A stretch of 64,000 nt of DNA from assembly GCA_050744225.1 (NCBI GenBank), contig JBOGGT010000076.1, positions 63,503-127,502 on the forward strand. Reading direction: 5' to 3'. Numbering within the stretch: position 1 is the first letter of the stretch; every line of letters begins with the position of its first letter. The translations under genes and the position numbers were made by a program. Shown here piece after piece: positions 9,098 to 18,301 of this stretch. Under the pieces are notes generated by a model. That model made no database searches. It was given only the letters and a program-made list of their open reading frames with translations, and had not been told where the DNA came from. The stretch comes from Acidimicrobiales bacterium (GTDB lineage: Bacteria; Actinomycetota; Acidimicrobiia; Acidimicrobiales; JAJPHD01).

Positions 9098-9625
9098 TTG
9101 AGGTTGACCAAGTGGCGCAGGCCGTTTGGGTTGGGCTGGTTGGGCTGGTTGGGCTGGTTGGGCTGGTTGGGCCTAGCCGTCCTGGCCTCGGCGTGCGGGG
9201 GAGCCACCGGAGCGCCCCCCGGATCGGCGGCCCCTGGGTCGTCTAATTCTTGCCCGAGCGCCGTGGGGGTGGTGATCCAGTCCTCCCCCTCCGAGTCGAC
9301 GTCGGAATGCGTGCCCGTGGGTGCCAGTGGCGAGATCAGCGGGCTGGCTGCTCTCAAAGCAGCAAAGGTCGAGATCGGGACCCAGAGCTACAGCTTCGGC
9401 CTGGCGATCTGCCAGGTGGACGAGGTCCCGGCCCACTACTCCCAGTGCCTTCCCGCAGGCAAGCCCTCCTGGGCGCTGTTCGTATCCCGACACGGTGGCG
9501 CCTGGGCGTCGGCTTCTACTGGGGTCAGCGGCATCACCCTCAAGGCCTCCGACTCCCTCGGGCTACGCTACGACTCACCCAAGGGCACGGCCTTGCCTCC
9601 TTCGGTAGCGCCCCCCTCGATTTGA
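9098..9625 (+). CDS. secreted lipoprotein, DUF4430 (transcobalamin-like) candidate
   Basis: Signal peptide plus ...LASAC lipobox. The C-terminal pattern SWALFVSRHGGAW....GITLKASDSLGLRY resembles DUF4430. First gene behind the B12 riboswitch. Confidence 0.55.
   Translation: MRLTKWRRPFGLGWLGWLGWLGWLGLAVLASACGGATGAPPGSAAPGSSNSCPSAVGVVIQSSPSESTSECVPVGASGEISGLAALKAAKVEIGTQSYSFGLAICQVDEVPAHYSQCLPAGKPSWALFVSRHGGAWASASTGVSGITLKASDSLGLRYDSPKGTALPPSVAPPSI
9125..9173. repeat. 9-nt tandem repeat x5 (ttgggctgg)
   Basis: Read directly. It encodes (GWL)5 within the signal-peptide h-region. Confidence 0.95.
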
Positions 9626-9663
9626 GGCAAGCTCGTTTGAGGCAAGCTTGTTTGAGGCAAGGA
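9621..9663. repeat. 15-nt tandem repeat x3 (tttgaggcaagctYg)
   Basis: Read directly. Unit 1 contains the lipoprotein TGA stop. Units 2 and 3 add in-frame TGAs at 9638 and 9653, and each unit has a GAGG. Confidence 0.95.
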
Positions 9664-9672
9664 TCTTTCAGG

Positions 9673-10581
9673 TTGAGCAGACCGGCTGCGCTCGCCCTCT
9701 GGGTGCTCGCGGGAGCCTCGATGGCCCTGGCGAGCAACCAACCCATGGTCCGGGCCCTGGTTCTGGTCGCAGCGTGGAGCCTGCTCGCCAGGAGGCTGGT
9801 TCCCGGGCGTCACCTGCGCCCTCTGGGCATCGGGCTCGCCGTCGCCGGCGTGCTTACGGTGGCCTTCAACACCCTAGGGAGCCATAGCGGGGCGACCGTG
9901 CTGGCGTCAGCGCCCAGATGGCTGCCCTTGGTGGGTGGGCCGCTCACGCTCGAAGCCCTCGCCTACGGGGCCGGCATTGCTCTGGGACTCACCGCAGCTG
10001 TGTCCGCTGCAGCAGCCCTCTCGCTGGTCATCGAGCCCAGCGATCTGGTGGATGCCCTGCCCTGGTGGCTTGCCCACACTGGGGTGGCGGTGGGTGCGGC
10101 GCTCAACCTGGTCCCTGGTGTTGCCGCCAGCTACGTGTCGGTACGCGACGCCCAGCGGCTCCGGGGCTGGGCGTCCCCGCACCCCGCGCACCCCTCGCGT
10201 GGGCGCCGACCCGTGAGGGGACGGCGCGTCCCCGGGGTCAGGGCCACCCGGGGGGTGCGGGGCATTGTCGATCTGGTGGTGCCTGTCCTGCTCGGGGCCA
10301 TCGAGTCTTCCGTAAGGCTCGGAGAGGCCATGGAGGCGCGGGCATTCGGTTCCGGGGCGCGCCACGCCTACCTGGACCCCCAGCGCACCTCGACGAACCT
10401 GGTCGTGGGCGTCGGTTCGGTGCTGGCCCTGTCCGGTTTCGCCACCCTGCGGATCAGCGGGCTCATCGGAGCCTGGTATCCCTACCCAACCCTGGCCCTA
10501 CCGGCGCTCGGGGCGACCGTCATCGGGCCCCCCGCGATGTTGTGCCTACTGGGAGCCTTGATCCAACCGGGGCCGGCCTGA
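9673..10581 (+). CDS. energy-coupling factor transporter transmembrane subunit (EcfT/CbiQ-like)
   Basis: Part of ORF 9250..10581: polytopic, with the ...SVRDAQRLRG... arginine-rich coupling region typical of EcfT. The TTG start is tentative. Confidence 0.6.
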   Translation: MSRPAALALWVLAGASMALASNQPMVRALVLVAAWSLLARRLVPGRHLRPLGIGLAVAGVLTVAFNTLGSHSGATVLASAPRWLPLVGGPLTLEALAYGAGIALGLTAAVSAAAALSLVIEPSDLVDALPWWLAHTGVAVGAALNLVPGVAASYVSVRDAQRLRGWASPHPAHPSRGRRPVRGRRVPGVRATRGVRGIVDLVVPVLLGAIESSVRLGEAMEARAFGSGARHAYLDPQRTSTNLVVGVGSVLALSGFATLRISGLIGAWYPYPTLALPALGATVIGPPAMLCLLGALIQPGPA

Positions 10582-12074
10582 TGGACGCCGGGGGTGGGTC
10601 ACGGGCCAGGTTCGAGCACCTCTGCTACTGGTACCCGGCGCTCTCAGGTGGGTTTCCCGCCGACCCCGCCACTTCTGGACTGTTCGACGTCAGCCTAGAA
10701 CTGGGAGCCGGGCTCAACCTGATAGGCGGGGACTCGGGGGCTGGCAAGTCCACCTTGCTCCGTGTCCTGAACGGACTGGTGCCGCACTTCTACGGTGGTC
10801 GGATCGCGGGGAGTGCGAGCGTTGCCGGCATGGACGTGGCCTCGACCCCGCCCAGGATTCTCGCACGCCACGTCGGGTTTGTATTCCAAGAAGCCGAGGC
10901 CGGATTCGTGCGCGGGACGGTTGCCAGGGAGGTTGCCTTCGGTCCCGAGAACCTTGGCTTTGCCCCTGGCGCGGTGGAGCGCCTGGTCGCAGACGCCCTC
11001 GAACTGGTCGGGGTCGCCGGTTTGGCGGCGCGCCGGCTGAGCACCTTGTCAGGCGGAGAGCGCCAGCGGGTGGCCCTGGCCGGAGCGCTGGCGGCCGCTC
11101 CCGAGGTGGTGGCACTCGACGAGCCCAGCTCCCAGCTCGACCAGGCAGGAGTCGCGGCGCTGGTTCGCATCCTGGAAAGCCTCGCTGCGCAGGGCCACAC
11201 GGTGGTGGTGGCGGAGCATCGCCTCCGCCCGTTCCTCAACGGCGCGCAGGCGTCCCGGCAAGTGACCATGGTGGCCGGCCGTCCGGCGCCGCCCAGTGCT
11301 GTCACCAGCCCCCCGACGCCTGCCCCTCCGATGCCCGCCCCCCCGACCCCCGCCCCCCTGACCGCCCGCAGCCCGACCCCCCGCCCGCATCGGCGCCGTT
11401 CGACCGAGGGCCGGACCAAGCCGGTCGAGTCTTTGACAGGCTGGGCCACATCGGGCCTGACCGCTGGCATCGGCAACCGGGCAGTGCTTGAAGGCGTCGA
11501 GTTGTACGGGTCACCAGGCCAGATAGTGGTGTTGAGCGGCCCCAACGGATCGGGCAAGACCACCCTGTTGAGGACGATCGCCGGCCTGTTGCCCCCACTC
11601 GAAGGCCAGGTGATCAGGCCCGTGTGTACTTCGGCGCACGGTCGCCCGGTTGGGTACCTGCCCCAGGACCCACACAAGTTGCTGCACCGGCGCAGCGTCC
11701 TGGCCGAGGTGAGACAGACCCTGCGCTGGTCCCGGTTGGTGGATGACCCGATGCTCATCCTGCGCCAGCTGGGAATGGATGGACTGGCCGACACCGACCC
11801 GAGGGACCTCTCGACGGGCCAGCGCCAGCGGGCGGCCTTGGCGGCGGTCCTGGCCGGTCGTCCGGCGCTGGTGTTGTTGGACGAGCCGACGCGGGGGATG
11901 GATGCAGCTTCCCGCATGGCGCTGGTCACGACCCTCGGCGAGCTGGCTGCGGACGGTTCCTGCGTGATTCTGGCCACCCACGACTACGAGCTGGCCGAAC
12001 AGCTCGGCGACCGGATAGCTCTCGTGGACGGCGGCCGGACCCGGCTGGTGCAACCGGAACGGCTGGGAGGGTGA
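10581..12074 (+). CDS. ECF/ABC transporter ATPase, two fused ATP-binding domains
   Basis: Two Walker A motifs (GDSGAGKST, GPNGSGKTT), two signature/Walker B sets (LSGGERQRV...LDEPSS; STGQRQRA...LDEPTRGMD) and a Pro-rich linker. The ATG shares its A with the upstream TGA (1-nt overlap). Confidence 0.85.
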   Translation: MDAGGGSRARFEHLCYWYPALSGGFPADPATSGLFDVSLELGAGLNLIGGDSGAGKSTLLRVLNGLVPHFYGGRIAGSASVAGMDVASTPPRILARHVGFVFQEAEAGFVRGTVAREVAFGPENLGFAPGAVERLVADALELVGVAGLAARRLSTLSGGERQRVALAGALAAAPEVVALDEPSSQLDQAGVAALVRILESLAAQGHTVVVAEHRLRPFLNGAQASRQVTMVAGRPAPPSAVTSPPTPAPPMPAPPTPAPLTARSPTPRPHRRRSTEGRTKPVESLTGWATSGLTAGIGNRAVLEGVELYGSPGQIVVLSGPNGSGKTTLLRTIAGLLPPLEGQVIRPVCTSAHGRPVGYLPQDPHKLLHRRSVLAEVRQTLRWSRLVDDPMLILRQLGMDGLADTDPRDLSTGQRQRAALAAVLAGRPALVLLDEPTRGMDAASRMALVTTLGELAADGSCVILATHDYELAEQLGDRIALVDGGRTRLVQPERLGG

Positions 12075-13027
12075 GCGACACGGCCCGAGGCCCGAACCCG
12101 GCGCGGAGCCTCATGGCACCCCCGGCCCGGCGCCCCACGGCGCCCCCGGCGCCCCCGGCGCCCCCGGCGCGGAGCCTCAGCCTGCCGGGGCTGATGTGGG
12201 TTGCTTCTGCGCTCGGCCTGGCCCTGTTCGCCTGGCCCTTCCTCGGCGTGGGCGCGCCGACAGCGGGAGCAGCCACGGCGGCAGCGGTGGGAACGCTGGT
12301 TGCGCTGGTGGTCATGGAGCTGGCCACCCGGCGCCTGGACGCTCGCAGCTTCGCCCTCCTGGTTTCGCTGTCTGCCATCGACGCGGGCGCCAGGGCGGCG
12401 TTGGTCTCGGGGATCGGGGGCTTCAGCCCCATCTTCTTGCTGATCCTGTGCGGTGGGTACGTGTTCGGACCCAGCTACGGGTTCCTCCTCGGCGCCACTT
12501 CCCTGCTCGTCTCTGCCCTGGTCACCGGGGGGCTGGGTCCCTGGCTCCCCTACCAGCTCTTCGCCGTCGGCTGGGTGGGGGTTGCCGCTGGCTGGGTCGG
12601 GCAATGGCGCCGACGGAGGGCAGTCCAACGGAGGGGCCGCCAACGCCCCAGCGCCGAGGCTTGGCCGTCGGCGCTGGACGTGGGCTGGCTGGCGGCGGTG
12701 GGGGTGGTCTCGGGATACGCCTTCGGTGTGATCATGGACCTGTGGGACTGGACGTTTTTCTCGGCTTCTCCAGGCCTGGGCTTCAAGCCCGGGATGGGCC
12801 TCGGTGTGTTGGCGGCGCACTTCGGGCGCTTTTACCTGGCTACCTCTGCGGTCTACGACTCCTTCCGTGCGGTGGGCAATGCGGTGCTGGTGGTCGCCCT
12901 CGGATTTCCGATCCTTGTTGCGCTGGCCAGGTTGCGGTCCGGCCTCACCTTCGAGGTCATCTCCCTCGAACAGGCGCTCCCCGAACTGGATGCCGGGAGG
13001 CAGGCCCACCCGTCCAGGCCCGGATAG
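12071..13027 (+). CDS. ECF-transporter substrate-capture (S) component candidate
   Basis: Polytopic membrane protein, last gene of the riboswitch-ECF operon (GTGA overlap). The family assignment is by context and topology only. Confidence 0.5.
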   Translation: MSDTARGPNPARSLMAPPARRPTAPPAPPAPPARSLSLPGLMWVASALGLALFAWPFLGVGAPTAGAATAAAVGTLVALVVMELATRRLDARSFALLVSLSAIDAGARAALVSGIGGFSPIFLLILCGGYVFGPSYGFLLGATSLLVSALVTGGLGPWLPYQLFAVGWVGVAAGWVGQWRRRRAVQRRGRQRPSAEAWPSALDVGWLAAVGVVSGYAFGVIMDLWDWTFFSASPGLGFKPGMGLGVLAAHFGRFYLATSAVYDSFRAVGNAVLVVALGFPILVALARLRSGLTFEVISLEQALPELDAGRQAHPSRPG

Positions 13028-13166
13028 CTCCCGACGGAGGGTCCCTGGCGGATTCAGCTCGTCGGGCAATTGCGAAGTTGCATGGGGTATCCATGGGACT
13101 CATTACAGCGGGACCATGTTTCGCCCGGGTATCGTCCGCTTGAACGTCGGGATAATGGACGGTGTC

Positions 13167-14132
13167 TCAGGGTGACTGCAGGGCGGCGTCGATGCGCTCG
13201 AGCACCTGGCGGTTCAGCCTGGGGACCACCTCCAGGGCGGTCAGGTTCTGCTCCACCTGCTCGACCCGGCTGGCACCGGTGATTACCGACGAGACGTGCG
13301 GGTTGCGCACGCACCAGGCGATGGCCAGCTGGGCCAGGCTGGATCCCAGCGATCCGGCCACCTCGCCCAGGCGGCGGACCTTGGCGTTGGACTCGGGGTC
13401 GGTGAGGGAGCTGCGCAGCCACTCGTAGCCAGCCAGCGCCGCCCGGCTCCCGTCGGGGACCCCGTCCAGGTACTTGCCGGTGAGCAGTCCCGAGGCCAGC
13501 GGGCTCCAGGTGGTGAGGCCAAGCCCGACATCCTCGTAGAGGGGGGCGAGCTCGGTCTCCACCTTGTCCCGGTGCAACAGGTTGTACTGGGGCTGTTCGA
13601 CCACCGGTTTGCGCAGGTGGTGGATCTCGGCGATCTCCCAGGCCTCGCGGATGTCTTCGGCCGACCACTCCGAGGTCCCCCAGTAGAGCGCCTTGCCCGA
13701 GCCCACTATGTCGCTCATGGCCCACACCGTCTCCTCTATGGGCGTCTCCGGGTCGGAGCGGTGGCAGAACAGGAGGTCAACGTAGTCGAGGCCCAGCCGC
13801 TCCAGCGAGCCCTCGACGGCTTCGAGGAGGTACTTGCGGTTGAGGGTCTGGTGGGTGTTGGGGTCGTCGTGCAGCCCCCAGTACAGCTTGGTCGAAACCA
13901 CGTAGCTGTAGCGCGGCCAGCGTTGCCGGGCGATCACCGCCCCCATCAGGCGCTCGGACTCACCCCCGCCGTAGGCCTCGGCGTTGTCGAAGAAGTTGAT
14001 CCCCCCCGCCCGGGCCGCCGCCATGCAGCGCCCTGCGAGGTCCTCGTCCAGCTGCGGCCCGAAGGTGACCCACGAGCCGAGCCCCAACACGCTCACCTTC
14101 AACCCGGAGCTTCCGAGGCGGCGGTACTCCAT
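13167..14132 (-). CDS. aldo/keto reductase (Kv-beta-subunit-like)
   Basis: [21 protein letters not shown]...[14 protein letters not shown]...STK are typical AKR motifs. Confidence 0.85.
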   Translation of the reverse strand: MEYRRLGSSGLKVSVLGLGSWVTFGPQLDEDLAGRCMAAARAGGINFFDNAEAYGGGESERLMGAVIARQRWPRYSYVVSTKLYWGLHDDPNTHQTLNRKYLLEAVEGSLERLGLDYVDLLFCHRSDPETPIEETVWAMSDIVGSGKALYWGTSEWSAEDIREAWEIAEIHHLRKPVVEQPQYNLLHRDKVETELAPLYEDVGLGLTTWSPLASGLLTGKYLDGVPDGSRAALAGYEWLRSSLTDPESNAKVRRLGEVAGSLGSSLAQLAIAWCVRNPHVSSVITGASRVEQVEQNLTALEVVPRLNRQVLERIDAALQSP

Positions 14133-14142
14133 CTCGCCCTAC

Positions 14143-15579
14143 CTACCCTTGTCGGAGCGAGCCAAACTGGCCCCTGGTCGGCTCGGCACAACAAAACCAC
14201 GATTCGCTCAGGTGCGGCCTGGTAGCGCCAGTCCGGGCAGTGGCAACGGGCAGGGAGCGGCCCGCCGCGGCTCCCACCAGCTCGGCCACCCGCTCGAAGG
14301 TGTCGAAAGGATCCTCACCGATGGCAGCAGCGTGCTCGGCGATGGAGGCCAGATCGCCCTGCAGGGCGTCAATCGCGGGGTCCGGGTGGTGCCAGGTCCA
14401 GCCGAGCGCCTCGGAATCGTAACCCTCCAAGTGTGGAGCCAGGTCCGAGCGCCCCAGCAGCAGCGACCCCTGCGGCAGCAACAACCGGATGGAGTAGTGC
14501 ACCGGGTCCACGCCTGCGACCAGGTCGTGCGCAGCCACGAAGGAGACCAGGTCCGCCACCTGGCCGGCGGTCGTCCAGGGGGTGAAAGGCAAGAAGGACG
14601 GCCGGATCTCGATGCCGTGCCCCCGCAGCAGGTGGATCGCCCTGGCTGCGTCGGCGACGGTGTGCCCCTTGCCCAGGCGCACCAGGGTCGCCTCGTCCAC
14701 CGACTCCAGCGCCGAGACCACGAACAGGCACCCGGAGCGGGCCAGCTCCGCCCACACGGTGTCGTGGCGCAGGATATGGGTGACCTTCACCGTGGCGTCG
14801 AAAGTAACCTCGGGAAACGCGCCGTGGATCTCAGCGGCCACAGCCAGTGCGTGCGCCGGCCTGTTTAGGAAGTCTGGATCGCCGAAGGTCAGGTGACGTG
14901 CCCCACTTGCGACCAGCGCGCCCACATCCGCCATCAGCGTGGCCAGCTCGACCTTGCGGGTCCTGCCGTCGTAGACCACCGGCACCGGGCAGTGCCCGCA
15001 GCGATGCGAGCAGCCGTGTGTCGACTCCACGTAGCCGACCAGCCGGCGCTCGTCGCCCACCACGAGTCGGGCGTAGCGCTCCAGCGGGGGGAGCAGGTGC
15101 CGGGCGGGAACCCTGAAGGGCGACGGCCTCAGCTCGACCGACACCGCCCCCGCCGCCCCCGCCGCCCCCGCCGCCCCCGCCGCCCCCGCCGCACCGTCCC
15201 CTCCTGCGGCCAGGGCGTCTACCCAGGCGACCAGGGCGGGTTCGTACTCCCCGGCGATCACGCGGTCTGCGACCGAGCCGATCGTGAGGTCCTGGCTCAC
15301 CGGGGCGTACAGGCCGTACAGGCAGATCGGCAGTCCGGGTCGTTGCACCCGCATGGATCGCGCGGCGGGTATGGCCAGGCGCATGGCGGTGTGCATGGGC
15401 ACCGAGAACCCCACTGCCTCCGCCCAGGCGAGCGTCTCGTCACCCCCGTCCACCCAGGGTTGGACCGCCAGGTCCCAGCAGCGCACCTGGTGACCGGCCC
15501 TGAGCAGGGCGGCGGCGGGGGAGGCGAGGTGCAGGGGCTGGTGCCCCAGTTCGTAGGTGGACACCAGCAGGACTCGCAC
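14143..15579 (-). CDS. B12-binding-domain radical SAM protein with a C-terminal CCAEP tail
   Basis: The GTG at 15579 gives VRVLLVSTYELGHQP (B12-binding-like N-terminus). The CSHRCGHC CX3CX2C cluster motif is present. The C-terminus is ...SWFCCAEPTRGQF. Confidence 0.8.
   Translation of the reverse strand: MRVLLVSTYELGHQPLHLASPAAALLRAGHQVRCWDLAVQPWVDGGDETLAWAEAVGFSVPMHTAMRLAIPAARSMRVQRPGLPICLYGLYAPVSQDLTIGSVADRVIAGEYEPALVAWVDALAAGGDGAAGAAGAAGAAGAAGAVSVELRPSPFRVPARHLLPPLERYARLVVGDERRLVGYVESTHGCSHRCGHCPVPVVYDGRTRKVELATLMADVGALVASGARHLTFGDPDFLNRPAHALAVAAEIHGAFPEVTFDATVKVTHILRHDTVWAELARSGCLFVVSALESVDEATLVRLGKGHTVADAARAIHLLRGHGIEIRPSFLPFTPWTTAGQVADLVSFVAAHDLVAGVDPVHYSIRLLLPQGSLLLGRSDLAPHLEGYDSEALGWTWHHPDPAIDALQGDLASIAEHAAAIGEDPFDTFERVAELVGAAAGRSLPVATARTGATRPHLSESWFCCAEPTRGQFGSLRQG
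15144..15192. repeat. 9-nt tandem repeat x5 (ccgcccccg)
   Basis: Read directly. It encodes (GAA)n inside the radical SAM protein. Confidence 0.95.
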
Positions 15580-15691
15580 GGACCCACGGTAGCCGTCGCG
15601 CTTGTCCACCGAAAATGTGGATAAGCGCGACAGCTGGACCCGCCGCCGGGCCAGCAGCCGCACGGTCTCGGAGGTAGGCTGTGCGTTCGGG

Positions 15692-18301
15692 ATGGACGCC
15701 AACCGGCTGCGGGCCGCATTCACCAGCTTTTTCGAGGAGAGGGGGCACCTCGCCGTCCCGTCGGCGAGCCTGATCCCCCATGACCCGACCCTGCTGTTCA
15801 CCGTGGCCGGCATGGTGCCCTTCAAGGGGTACTTCGCCGGGGACGAGGTCCCTCCCTCCCTCCGGCTGGTCTCGGTGCAGCGCTGCCTGCGGGTCAGCGG
15901 CCGGCACGACGACATCGAGGCCATAGGGCGCTCCAGCCGGCACCTGACCTTGCTGGAGATGCTGGGCAACTTCAGCTTCGGTGACTACTTCAAGTCGGAC
16001 GCGATCCCCTGGGCGTATGAGCTGGCCACGGAGGTGCTGGGACTGGACCCCGAGCGCATCTGGGTGACGGTCCACGACGGCGACTACGAGGCGGAGGCGA
16101 TCTGGGCGGATGGCGTGGGGTTTGCCCCGGAGCGCATCCAGCACATGGGCGAGGACAACTTCTGGCGCATGGGCGAGACCGGGCCGTGCGGGCCGTCTTC
16201 GGAGCTCTTCTGGGACAGAGGTCCCGCTTATGGCCCTGACGGCGGGCCGGCCAAGGGCTCCGACGAGCGCTTCGTCGAATTCTGGAACCTGGTCTTCACC
16301 CAGTACTACCAGCGCCCAGACGACACCCTGGTGGAGCTCCCCCGGAAAAACATCGACACCGGCGCCGGCCTCGAGCGGATCCTGTGCATCACCCAGGGGG
16401 TGGATTCGGTCTTCGACACCGACGTGATGGCGCCCCTGGTGGCTGCCGCCTCGGAGGTCACCAAACGCAAGTACCGGGAGGATGCGCCGACCGATGTCCG
16501 GCTGCGGATCCTGGCGGACCACGCCCGCTCGGCCAGCTTCTTGATCAGCGACGGGGTCTTCCCTTCCAACGAGGGCCGGGGATACGTGCTGCGCCGGATA
16601 ATCCGCCGTGCGGTTCGCCACGCCCACCAACTGGGAGTCAGCGCCCACGTCATGGCCCCACTGGCGGTGGCTGTGGCCGAGGTGATGGGGACGGCCTATC
16701 CCGAGGTGGCCCGCCAGGCCGACTTCGTGCAGGGGATCCTGGATCGGGAGGAGGCCCGGTTCCGCCAGACCCTGCGCACCGGGCTGGCGATCCTGGAGGC
16801 GGAGCTGGGCGATCAGGGCGAGACCCTGTCCGGGGCCGTGGCCTTCCGCCTGCACGACACCCATGGGTTCCCGATCGAGGTGACCCGGGAGATCGCGGCG
16901 GAGCACGGGGTGGCGGTCGACCAGGACGGCTTTGCTGCAGAGATGGCCGCCCAGCGCGCCCGGGCGCGCGCTGCGGGGGTGGCTGGGGGCGCCGACCCGG
17001 ACCGGAGCGCCCGCTACCGCGAGGTGCTGGACCAGTTTGGGACCACCGACTTTCGTGGGTACGAGGAGTGCGCGACCACCGGGCACATTCTTATGATCAT
17101 CGATGGTGGCACCGAGGGCCAGGTCGAGGTGTTCTTGGACCGGACCCCGTTCTATGCCGAAGGGGGTGGCCAGGTTGGCGACACAGGGGTGATCACCACC
17201 GGCACGGGGAGCGCGCAGGTGCTGGACACCACATCGGCCCTGCCGGGCCTGACCCGCCACGTCGCGGTGGTCGCCGGGGAGCTGCGCCCCGGCCAGGAGG
17301 CTCGGGCGGAGGCTGACCAGTCGAGACGGGCGGCAATCCGGCGCAACCACACCGCCACCCACCTGTTGCAGTGGGCGCTGCGCCAGGTCCTGGGCGCGCA
17401 CGTGGCCCAGCAGGGGTCGCTGGTGGCCCCTGACCGGTTGCGCTTCGACTTCAGCCACTTCGGGGGCCTCACCCCGGCGGAGATCGAGCGGGTGGAGGAC
17501 CTGGTCAATGCGGCAGTCCTGGCCAACGATGCGGTGGTGACCGAGGAGCTGTCCCGGGCGGAGGCGGACGCGGCCGGCGCGATCGCCTTCTTCGGGGACC
17601 GCTACGGCGAGCGGGTGAGGGTGGTGCGTGCCGGGCCGTCGACGGAGCTGTGCGGGGGTACCCACGTTGGCTCGCTGGGAGCCATCGGGCTGGTCAAGGT
17701 GGTCTCGGAGGCCTCCATCGGGGCGAACACCCGCCGGATCGAGGCGCTCACCGGAAACGGATCCCTGGAGTGGTTGCGCGAGGAGGAGCGGCTGCTGGCG
17801 CGCGCCGCGCAGCTGCTGAGGGCTCCCTCGCCCGCCGAGGTTCCCGAGTGGGTGGAGCGCCTCGCCGAGCGCGCGAGGGCCGCATCCGACGAGGTGAAGG
17901 CCCTGCGTGCCCGTGCGACCGCGACCGAGGCCGCCGTGCTCGCGGGAGGGGCCGTGCCGGCGGGAGGGGCCGTGCCGGCGGGCTTGGTGGTGGTGCGGAG
18001 GGACGGGGTCAGCCGGGATGGCCTGCGGGACCTGGCGGTGGCGGTCCGGGACCACCCCGGGATCGACGCGGTGGTGTTGATCGGTTCCCCCGAAGGCCAG
18101 GGCGTTGCGCTGGTGGCCGCGGTGGCCAAGGGGTCGGGCCTCGTGGCTTCGGAGCTGATCGCAGGCGCGGCACGCGCTGTCGGGGGGGGCGGGGGACGGG
18201 ACCCGGAGCTGGCCATCGCCGGCGGCCGGGACCCGGCACGCATCGACGAGGCGTTGGACATGGTCCGGGCAAAGCTCGGACTGGTTGGTAGCCGTAGTTG
18301 A
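15692..18301 (+). CDS. alaS: alanine--tRNA ligase
   Basis: MDANRLRAAFTSFFEERGH..., FTVAGM, GNFSFGDYFK, HTATHLL and the C-terminal DHHA1-like region. Confidence 0.95.
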   Translation: MDANRLRAAFTSFFEERGHLAVPSASLIPHDPTLLFTVAGMVPFKGYFAGDEVPPSLRLVSVQRCLRVSGRHDDIEAIGRSSRHLTLLEMLGNFSFGDYFKSDAIPWAYELATEVLGLDPERIWVTVHDGDYEAEAIWADGVGFAPERIQHMGEDNFWRMGETGPCGPSSELFWDRGPAYGPDGGPAKGSDERFVEFWNLVFTQYYQRPDDTLVELPRKNIDTGAGLERILCITQGVDSVFDTDVMAPLVAAASEVTKRKYREDAPTDVRLRILADHARSASFLISDGVFPSNEGRGYVLRRIIRRAVRHAHQLGVSAHVMAPLAVAVAEVMGTAYPEVARQADFVQGILDREEARFRQTLRTGLAILEAELGDQGETLSGAVAFRLHDTHGFPIEVTREIAAEHGVAVDQDGFAAEMAAQRARARAAGVAGGADPDRSARYREVLDQFGTTDFRGYEECATTGHILMIIDGGTEGQVEVFLDRTPFYAEGGGQVGDTGVITTGTGSAQVLDTTSALPGLTRHVAVVAGELRPGQEARAEADQSRRAAIRRNHTATHLLQWALRQVLGAHVAQQGSLVAPDRLRFDFSHFGGLTPAEIERVEDLVNAAVLANDAVVTEELSRAEADAAGAIAFFGDRYGERVRVVRAGPSTELCGGTHVGSLGAIGLVKVVSEASIGANTRRIEALTGNGSLEWLREEERLLARAAQLLRAPSPAEVPEWVERLAERARAASDEVKALRARATATEAAVLAGGAVPAGGAVPAGLVVVRRDGVSRDGLRDLAVAVRDHPGIDAVVLIGSPEGQGVALVAAVAKGSGLVASELIAGAARAVGGGGGRDPELAIAGGRDPARIDEALDMVRAKLGLVGSRS

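Noticed and set aside
13028-13166. A possible small RNA or terminator in the 139-nt convergent spacer, which is lower in GC
   Set aside because: Only short stems are present (cccgacg...cgtcggg; catgg-N5-ccatg). There is no U-tract and no match to any RNA family I recognise, so the evidence is insufficient.
14143-14200. Selenocysteine recoding in the CCAEP tail of the radical SAM protein
   Set aside because: Both tail cysteines are encoded by TGT and the ORF ends at a normal TAG. There is no in-frame TGA to recode.
15440-18055. 871-aa ORF on the minus strand opposite alaS
   Set aside because: Its composition is Arg/Gly/Pro/His-rich, with no motif. It lies exactly antisense to an unambiguous alaS, so it is a typical high-GC shadow ORF.
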